Source: Bugula neritina (lineage: Eukaryota > Animalia > Bryozoa). Taken from it: 16,673 bases of DNA. The position numbers and the translations under genes were made by a program. The stretch covers positions 1-16,673 of the forward strand of contig CAXIUT010000041.1 of assembly GCA_964035545.1 (NCBI GenBank). Reading direction: 5' to 3'. Shown one piece after another: positions 8,506 through 16,673 of the stretch (its first letter is position 1; every line of letters begins with the position of its first letter). The notes beneath the pieces are model-generated. The model ran no database searches. It was not told the origin of the DNA and saw nothing but the letters and a program-made list of their open reading frames with translations.

Positions 8506-10151
8506 CACATTGTATAACTTCTCCCTTCTTTCCATTCTCTTCTTATAAACTATCTAATTTGATTAATATTTTAATTAATTAACTACAAAGCCTTCGTATT
8601 TTTCTTCATGATATCTTTTCCTTTAAACAATATCTTCCAATTAAAATAACTATGAATATTCCCTCGATATTCATAGTGTTAGTTACTTCTAGAATGATCG
8701 ACATTCAAAGAAGCCAATCCAAATTTCGTACTTATATTTCGAAATACTTCAATAGGAAAGAAAGAAGTAGCCTAATAGACAAAGGGAAGCAAACTCTAAT
8801 ATCCAAATTGTTTAGCATAGATCCTTATCTCTCCTCCCATGTGATTAATCGAATAATAGTTCCCTTTTTTAGCCTCTACATCAGAATTCATAAAATGACT
8901 CAAAATCTTCAACAAAGAAACCGATTGCTCCTTAGAAGCCAGATCTATCTGATCTCCCAACTTATTTATCAAAATGTTATACTAAGCAACTGCACGAGTC
9001 AGCCATGCTATCTTGGAAACACTCATTTCAGTTGTCACTCCAGGTTAGTTGTAAAAATAGTCAGGAGTAAAACTCTAATCATAAATAGATGAAACTGCCT
9101 TCTTAGATGATGTACTTTTCCATTTCATGTTTAACATTCTAAATAATGAAGGATGTAAGTTTTTAGTTTATCTGTAATTGATTTCTTACTAGATATGATT
9201 GATATCTGACAATAATAGTTGGTTGATTAGACCATTAAGAACTGATTTTACTCTAATAGTCAATTATTTTAACTACTATCTTTTTTTCAATGCAGCCTAT
9301 GTGTACAATTTAACAATTTATATATTTTAAGGCACAGGAACAAAAGGAAACCTCCCCTATCCATAAAACAAACGATCTTCCATCAACCCAACCATCTCCT
9401 CAAACAAAAACAAACAACTTTTTTCGTATCCTTTCCACAATAACTCCAAAACAAGAAATGAATGTCTAATATCGATCTCATGCATTGCATGTTTGGTTCC
9501 CTCATGAGCTAATGTACATAGTCCAATATAGTTCTATTCCTTGCATAACATACCAATTGTCTAGGATAACATCGATTGGGCGAATTCATAATGAGATTAG
9601 GAAATTGATAGTTTTTATAGCCAAGTTGATAATTTGTTGTTAGATTTTTGTCTAGTTTACTATAATGTAGTGTGCCATTGCTATTATAGTAAATTAGAAG
9701 ATTTAGCGAATACTAACATATCGAAATCTCCTAATATTTATAGTTTTTTATCATCTATTGGATTAGTTTGATAGCTAACTTATTTGAAATGATTAAACAC
9801 TTTCAAATTTGCTAATTCAGATTATTATTAACTTTTACGAATAACAATTTTTTATCCTTTTTTCAATCCAGAAACATACAAATCCTCTCCATCAGAAATA
9901 ACAGTAATATTTTCCTCCTTTTTACTAAACTCAATCATCATACTCTCCTACCCATAATAATATCTAGTTTTATACTAATTTGCAACTCTTGATGATAGTT
10001 CAACAGAGTATTTCAACTACGAATGAGATAGAAGGATATTCTGATGGTCAAGATGGTAGTTTTTCCAAAGGTTAAGAGAATAGTGAAGACCTGTCGTCTG
10101 GTAGAGTTGTAGAATCAATAAGAAGAGAACAAGTAAATGATTCGAGTTCAT
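8506..10151 (-). CDS. Degenerate glycoside hydrolase family 63 (glucosidase I / MOGS / Cwh41-like) protein with N-terminal signal or anchor, 3'-truncated
   Basis: One frame of ~548 codons from ATG 10151 (MNSNHLLVLFLLILQLYQ) runs without a stop into the telomeric tract. GH63 barrel-like segments appear in the expected order: FAQSMLSETIG, MKWKS..KAVSSIYDE, IAWLTRAVAEYNILINKLG, QFGYESLLPF, STKFGLASL, EYRGNIHSYFNWKIL, FIRREWKEG. Confidence 0.72.
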
Positions 10152-10252
10152 ATTATTATTTTAATATCTAATTAATAATACCCCATTATTAACATAAAAC
10201 AAATAACTTTAAAAGTAGAGTATTCAAATAATTATCTATTCTTTATTAGCAA

Positions 10253-10570
10253 TCAAAAAATACTTCTATTTTTAACTTTATCCTCTCCGCTTAACACCTT
10301 ATTACCTAAAATTAAAGTATCAAAAGCTCTTTTCTTAATCAACAACTGTCTTTTCTGAATAAAACAATAATTTACATCTTTTGCCATAAAATCAGCATGA
10401 TTGTAATTTTAAAATACAAATGATTGAAATCCCTCCATCAATTACCATACAGCTATAGCTGCTACTCCAGCATACATCAGATATTGTTTGGGTGGGGCAC
10501 GTAAAGGAAATGCTCGAATATGACCCCAATTGTTAAATGTTTTAGGATAACTATGTAAATTGTATGGCAT
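10253..10570 (-). CDS. Small single-pass membrane protein (~98-105 aa), possibly a mitochondrial respiratory-complex accessory subunit
   Basis: ATG 10570 to TGA 10255-10253: MPYNLHSYPKTFNNWGHIRAFPLRAPPKQYLMYAGVAAIAVWELMEGFQSFVFENYNHADFMAKD... with one hydrophobic helix. There is a possible in-frame 21-nt intron at 10355-10375. Resemblance to QCR9-type subunits is weak. Confidence 0.62.
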
Positions 10571-10648
10571 TTATTATTATTATTAGTTATGATATATTTT
10601 CATATGATATAATTGATCGTTATTTTATGAAATTAACAAATATTTAAT

Positions 10649-11410
10649 ATGAAACTACAAATAATAAATCGATTGCAGCCTCAAGAAACCAATCAACTCG
10701 ATTTCAACTATTGTCTCAAAGATAATAAAAACCATCTTATTAAATAATTCAATAATATCTATCTCAGTTCTGATAAATAAAACAAAACCAACATTCAAAA
10801 TAATCAAAACAATCTATCTTTAAAATAGATAAAATCATTTTTCAAATAATTTCAACCATAAAAACACCTAAAATACAAACCAACTCCTTACCACCAACTA
10901 AAACCAAACAAAAAACTATAACCTCAACTCTTGTTAATGAATAATTAACAAAAAAATAAAAATAAAAAGATTTCTATCAGTTCTTTCACTCAAAAACAAC
11001 CAAAAACATAAATAGGTTAATATTCATCAGTTGTTACTGAATAAAGTTCAATTAGAAACAACTACTATTTCCATCAAAAACATAAATAACATATAAGAAA
11101 GTATCATAGTCAACTCAGCATTCAAAATTAAAAAATATAAGATAATAAACATCGACCAGGATTCATCAAAAAGAAAAATCTATCATTGAAAAAATAATCA
11201 TCTATATTAAGTAAGTATAGCACTAATAAATAAAATATAAGTCATATTATCAATCAAAAATAAATATTCAAAAGATAATAATCCAATAAGAAAAGTTAAG
11301 TATAATAAGAAATAATATTATCAAAAGATAGAATAGCCAAAATCAGAAAAGATCTTAATTAAATCTACCAAATGAGAAAAGCACCCAATAGCTATAAACT
11401 TAAATTATGA
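10649..11410 (+). CDS. Hypothetical low-complexity K/N/E-rich protein, ~253 aa
   Basis: This is the only plus-strand frame free of TGA across the interval (ATG 10649 to TGA 11408-11410), and it is flanked by AT-rich spacers. No recognisable domain. Confidence 0.6.
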
Positions 11411-11488
11411 GTCAATGATACTATCAATTTTCATCATCATTATTTACTTATATTATAATACAAAACCTTAAAAATTTATAATATAAGA

Positions 11489-14344
11489 ATGGAACTGCCA
11501 CCTCTTGACGAACTCACAGAACCTATTATCATGCAATATATTGAACATTTCCTAGATATTGTCCTATACAGAAAAATAGAAAATGGCAAACTACTACTCA
11601 CATACATCCAAGAAAATCCAGATCATCCAAAAATCAAAATCATTATCCGCAAAATACTAGGACTTTTTCACACAGATTCACCCATAGGTAAAGTCTGCGC
11701 TCTCCAATTCCTCAAATAAGCGATATAAACTGACAGTTGGATCATAGTCTAAGCCATTTAAAGATCATTATTACCAAAAGTAGCATAAATAATCGAATAC
11801 AGACCAAATATTCGTAGCATTCAAAGAGGAACCAGTTATTTTATTCCTACTTTTGATAAAGATGTAGAAGATGACTATTTGGCTAATTTAATCAAATTAT
11901 CAACTACTTTCTTTAGAATGATTCATGAATGTATCTATGTTTGGGGAACTTTCTATTTTCCAGGATCCTTGTTTGATCGTTTAAGAATCAAATTATAAAA
12001 AAGGTTTTAATTTCCTAAATTTCCATAGGATTTTAGATTTTACAGTCAAAAAAAAGTATAAAACTTTCAAAATAACTGTCAAAGAATAATAAAGAAGATG
12101 TCTTAAGTAAAAGATGAACTAACAAGTCAAAGTAGCATATAAAAGAAGAGATAACATTCAGTTAAAGCAAATAAAGTAGGATCATCTATTATAAAACCAT
12201 CAAAAAGTCAATCAACAAATCAACTTCCTTCTAAAACATTTGGTAACAAAACAAAATAGAAATAAAAATAGATAAATATAATATAGAAATAAAAATATCA
12301 GAAATAAAAGAAAAGTAAACATAAACATAATAGTAAGAAAAAACAATAAAAAGAAGAATAGATATAAAGATAAGAGATAATGTAGAATATATCAAGTAAT
12401 TCAAGTAAAATACGTAAGAAGAATAGTTTTAATTAACAACCTATTAAAACAAATAAACTTAAAATAAAATAATAATAAATATAATAACATAAATATTTTA
12501 AAAGTGTTAAGAAAGCATAGCAATTAAGAATAAAGACAATAACATAAGATAATTCAATATCTTCTTAAAATTTAGATAAATCATAAGAATTAAGTTAAAT
12601 TACTTATAAAAAATAAAGATCATAATTTAGTCATAATTAAGATAAATAATCTAAAATTAAATTAAAAAAATATACCTCTCATCAATTCATATAATAAAAT
12701 CAACCCAAAAGTATCTTTCATAATTAACCTGTTCAAAAAAACATTAATAACAAGAATAGTAGTAAAAGTCGTCCTCCTGTCTAACAGAATAATAATAAAA
12801 ATAAAAAATAAATAAAAAGAAATAATGATGATATCTAAAATAATACTAAAAAAGCTATAAAACTAAATCTTCCTATATAATAAATGAAAAGAAAGAATGA
12901 ACAATTAAACAAAAATCAAAGTAAAGATAAAAATGAAGGAAATAATACAAAAAGGTCAGCAAGAAAGAAATTTATCTCATCTGAATAATAAATAAAATCA
13001 TAACCTGATATTTAATAAATAAAAATACCAAATCACAATATCAATAATAAGAATATAAAGAATAAAAAGATTTAAAAGAATAATAAACAATATTAAAATA
13101 AGTAATAGGACTATAGATCAATTAATCGAGATTAAAAGAGTAAAGAATCAAGATAGGTATCTTAGTAGAAAATGATAGCTAGAGAATCAGCTATGTTAAT
13201 CAGTCAGAAACCTAAAAAGATAAAAACATAGAAAAATAAGCAAAGTTATAATAGTAAATCAATATTTTAATAAGTTAAATAGTATAATGTAGTAATTCAA
13301 TAACCTAAATAATAAAAATCTATAATAATATCGAATAAAAAGAGTTAATATCACAATAATAATAACAATATTAGCAAAAATATCAATAATTATGAAAAGC
13401 CTTTTCAAGAAACAAAATAAGTTGATTTGCCTAGTAAAAATAAATCAAAATAACATATTTAAAGTCATTAGATAATTTCTTCCCATAAAGTAAACAATAA
13501 AATAGTTTAATAATAATAAATAATAATAAAAAATAAAAAATCAAATAAATCCATAAAAAATTAAAAACAAATAATAAAAGCATAATAAAATCGTAAGATC
13601 AACTATGATTAGATCCAATAAATGACACCTATTAAATAGATAAACACTTCTAAAATATAAATACCTATCACTCAATAACAATCTTCTTTCATTCGAACTT
13701 AAAATAACTCAATCGCATAAAGTCACTCGCCTCATATTCCTCAATACAGCCAAAGAATATAAAATAAAACATAATAATAAATTAATAAATATAAATAATT
13801 TCGTAAAAATTACAGTAAAAAACAAATTCAAAAAACACAATTAAGTCAACCTATCAGTATTTCCATGCGAAAGCACCCATCATAAGCCAACTCAAGAATA
13901 AAACTATCAGACACAGAATAGCTAAAAACAAGTTTATAATAAAAACTAAAAGACTAATTCAAACTCTTAAAAACAACACTCTTATCAGAACAACAATAAA
14001 GTCTATCCTCGAAACTGCAATAAATGCAAGAGACTCTTCTAAAAAAATAATAAAAATAATAAAAGATAGAATGCGGAATACAGACTCAAATAAAACATAA
14101 AGCCAAAGGTAAATATAAAAAAAAGTAACAACATAACGAAGTATAAATTCAAACAGAAGAACCCATCAACTAAAATAAAGAATAATTTAATACAAAAAAT
14201 AATATTAACAACAATATCAATTTAACAAATATATCAAATAAACCTTCCCGCCCTTCCAGCCAACTCAAAATCAAATAAAAAGGATAACTGCAACCGAATA
14301 CCCTCCTCTATGCTCTCTACAAAAAAAAATCAATGAATATCTGA
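11489..14344 (+). CDS. Protein with N-terminal VHS/ENTH-like helical domain and long K/E/N-rich disordered tail, ~951 aa, no introns
   Basis: A 952-codon frame ends at TGA 14342-14344. The N-terminus (KVCALQFLKEAIET...LLPKVAEII...FFRMIHECIYVWG...LEKRFEFP) follows the VHS pattern. The CDS is well supported; the domain call is moderate. Confidence 0.78.
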
Positions 14345-14430
14345 TGTTTCAAAGCAAAATAGCGAATAATCATGATTGATATCTATCATTAGACCCTAAT
14401 AAAAACTATTAAATCATGACTATGCCCTCT

Positions 14431-14721
14431 TCAACACGCAACGTCATCCTTTGACTTTTGAAGACCACGCCTTTCCGCTCGGATGTTCTTTATTTCCTCG
14501 AGACTGCCCCTGATATCCTAGAGCATTTCGTCTCTTAGAGTTTAAAATTCTTAGGGAAAGCTACTTAAGTTTTGTAGTTTGAGTTGACGAAACGTATTGT
14601 CAAGGATGGCTTTGGCACTCATGAGATCGCCATCTTTGAGTTGATTTTGTGCGTATCGTACTGTTTTTTTTTGACTTTTGAAGATGATAATTAGCTGTCC
14701 AAGAGTTACTTCGATTGACAT
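14431..14721 (-). CDS. Hypothetical small helical protein, 96 aa
   Basis: ATG 14721 to TGA 14433-14431: MSIEVTLGQLIIIFKSQKKTVRYAQNQLKDGDLMSAKAILDNTFRQLKLQNLSSFPEEFETLRDEMLEDIRGSLEEIKNIRAERRGLQKSKDDVAC. GC is raised relative to the flanks and the pattern is amphipathic. Confidence 0.7.
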
Positions 14722-14815
14722 TGTTAGTACCAATTAATTAAATAATAATGTAATAATTAATCCCAATTTAAATTATATTAGGTCAATATTCTACCATAAT
14801 CCATTAGACTATTCA

Positions 14816-16420
14816 TCATTCAATACATATCTCATTGTTCTACACCATCTCTAACACACTCTCCTGAAACTCTGTCATACACTCCTTGAAATAAACAGGC
14901 GACTTTGTTGTCAAATGAACATTCTTCATACTCCTACAGTTCTATATACAACCAGAAAATAAGTTTATCAACTTGTGTGGCTTACGGATCTACTAACTTA
15001 TTGGAAATACCATCGAATCCAACTTTTACTCCTTCATCATAGTCACAGAAGTCAATATCAGTTTAATACCTGCCTCAAGACTCTTTAGTATAGTCTATTC
15101 GCTGGAGTCGTCTATCTTCAAAAATGCCACTGCGACATAGTTTGATAATCCCAATGCCTTCTGAAAATATACACTGCCAGCTTTCTACAACTATGCCCCT
15201 TTTGCTAGGATTTTTTTCTGTAATCTACCTTACCAGATATCACATAGTTTCCAGGATAGTAATCCAACTTCAAATTTCTATAAGGAACAACCAATAACTT
15301 TGAATTGAAGTCTTGAACCTTTCTTAAGGTTAAACTCAACCGACAACCTAGTATAAATATCTAGCATGCCGGCCAAACGCGACGGCCTACAGGCTAAGCT
15401 ACTTTCTAGTTTTATTATTTCTTCTTCAATTAAGGATTCTCGCCTTCCTTATTATCATTGTTATAATTGCGACGATCTCCTCGATTATCTCTTCCGCCAT
15501 TATATCCCCCTCTCCCTCTACCACGATACTCTCCTCGTCCGCCTTCCTCTCTATCTTTGTTCCAACCTCCTTCGTTATTATTTCTTCCTCCTTCCTCTCT
15601 ATTTCTTCTAAAATCTCTTCCTCCTTCTTCTCTATTTCCTCTAAAATCTCTTCCTCCTTATTCTCTATTTCCTCTAAACTATCTTCCGCCTCCCTCTCGA
15701 TTCCCCCTCCTATTTTATCCATCATTATTATTGTTATAATCTCTATTTCCCCTCCTATCTCCACCTTCATTATTGTAATCTCTCCTTGGTCTTCTCTCTT
15801 CATTCTGTCCTTCTCGATTATAATCTCTAGGCCCTCGATTCCCTCGACTTCTAAATCCCTAATTTTACTCACTATTTATCAAAAAAACTACGTAAAAGAT
15901 GGTGTTTTTCCACCAAAATGAGGATTCTAATTATCATCTTCTCTATTTCCTCTATTACCTCGATTACCTCGATTTCCTCTTGTTTTATCAACACTTTCTT
16001 CTTTTGGAGGATTGCTAGTTGCAATATCCCAAGAATCATTCATAGGAGATATCTATAATTCAGTAGCAGTTCCATTTATACTCGAATTAGGAGGAATTAT
16101 CTCAGATATATTTTCTTACACTTTTGGATTATTAGAAAAATTGTCTATTGTCTCCAATTTTTATGTTTTTTATATCTACTACTCTTTCTTTATATCTTGA
16201 GTTGATTTGTCTTTCGGATCATCAATCCAACTAGTCTATGAATCTTCTTTGCTTTTTTAAGGTTATTTCTTTTACTATTCAGGCTCAACCCCTCTCTATC
16301 TTCTACCTCTTCTACCACCTTAAACTTGAGCTGTTTCTGATGTTGTTTTATAGGTTATTCTTTTTGATTTGGTTTTTCTGGTTATTCAGTATCACTGACC
16401 CAAGGTTAGTCATCACTCAT
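14816..16420 (-). CDS. Acidic/RG-RGG-rich disordered protein with C-terminal degenerate macrodomain-like fold
   Basis: Starts at ATG 16420 (MSDDEPWVSDTEE), with 20-nt introns at 16296-16315 and 15872-15891, then RGNR/REEGGRDF repeats. One unresolved frame change lies near 15361-15473, followed by SVEFNLKKGSRLQFKVIG...GSVYFQKALGLSNYVAVAFL...KLDSMVFPIS...MKNVHLTT to TGA 14818-14816. Confidence 0.68.
15583..15708 (-). repeat. Coding tandem repeat, 33-nt unit (RGNREEGGRDF), ~3.5-4 copies
   Basis: Minus strand reads aga gga aat aga gaa taa gga gga aga gat ttt / aga gga aat aga gaa gaa gga gga aga gat ttt / aga aga aat aga gag gaa gga gga aga. Confidence 0.85.
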
Positions 16421-16487
16421 GATTCTTTTAATATTTTATTATAAAGTACAAAATACATGAATTAATTTATAATCGCTCCATTTTCAT

Positions 16488-16497
16488 TAATAATCAT
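16488..16497 (-). promoter_or_regulatory. Candidate subtelomeric cis-element ATGATTATTA, 49 nt inside the right telomere
   Basis: 8/10 match to the other two copies, at the same offset and orientation. Confidence 0.42.
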
Positions 16498-16545
16498 GCG
16501 CTTTTTATAATATGAATAAATATCAATATGTTTGTTTTAATAGAT

Positions 16546-16673
16546 GGGGTTGGGGTTGGGGTTGGGGTTGGGGTTGGGGTTGGGGGTTGGGGTTGGGGTT
16601 GGGGTTGGGGTTGGGGTTGGGGTTGGTGGGGTTGGGGTTGGGGGGTTGGGTTGGGGTTGGGGTTGGGGTTGGG
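16546..16673 (+). repeat. Right telomere, (GGGGTT)n
   Basis: 128 nt of G4T2 with a few G-run length variants, ending ...GGGGTTGGG. Confidence 0.98.

Noticed and set aside
8391-8582. ORF-track protein with WGWGWG repeats
   Set aside because: It is simply the translation of the G4T2 telomeric tract.
8554-8586. Possible 33-nt AT-rich intron in the GH63-like gene
   Set aside because: It is in frame and stop-free, and its translation (ELINENINQIR) fits the expected helix of the GH63 barrel. It is not needed.
8652-9092. 146-aa plus-strand ORF
   Set aside because: It is the antisense shadow of the GH63-like gene, which carries recognisable motifs on the minus strand.
15366-15872. Three overlapping low-complexity ORFs (E/I-rich minus; P/S/L-rich plus)
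   Set aside because: They are alternative-frame and antisense readings of the RG-repeat exon.
16296-16360. Apparent frameshift or sequencing error near the start of the last gene
   Set aside because: It is resolved by a canonical 20-nt GT-AG intron at 16296-16315, giving LKFKV|RGVEPEEE.
201-16420. Widespread pseudogenisation suggested by many in-frame TAA/TAG
   Set aside because: These codons fall at conserved Glu sites, and frames stay open for up to ~950 codons until TGA, so this is codon reassignment.
16012-16444. Two hydrophobic plus-strand ORFs
   Set aside because: They are antisense to the K/E-rich N-terminus of the minus-strand gene.
1-16673. CRISPR array, transposon, IES, rRNA or tRNA genes
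   Set aside because: I saw no repeat-spacer structure, terminal inverted repeats, transposase motifs, TA-bounded insertions or cloverleaf. Intergenic spaces are short and AT-rich.

Overview
AT-rich eukaryotic DNA from a ciliate macronucleus. It has (C4A2)n/(G4T2)n telomeric repeats at both ends and a third G4T2 tract at 8431-8505. The supplied ORF track is misleading because the genes use a non-standard code: TAA and TAG sit at invariant Glu positions and only TGA is a stop (UAR=Glu, the peritrich nuclear code, NCBI table 30). Re-translated by hand, the window is almost all coding, with 9-10 genes: Vps52, a TORTIFOLIA1/SPIRAL2-like HEAT protein, a ULK-like kinase, a hypothetical ORF plus a DBF4-type zinc finger (possibly one gene), a degenerate GH63 glucosidase-I-like protein cut off by the internal telomere, a small membrane protein, two hypothetical proteins, a VHS-like protein, and an RG-rich protein with a degenerate macrodomain. 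Genome-level features of note: (i) 1-8505 is a complete ~8.5-kb telomere-to-telomere mini-chromosome, and the remainder looks like a second molecule joined to it; (ii) 11 inferred introns are exactly 20 nt; (iii) a motif ATGAWTATYA lies 49-50 nt inside all three telomere junctions, a candidate chromosome-breakage/telomere-addition signal; (iv) all three tracts end in the same register. Protein calls rest on manual translation and motif recall, not database searches.
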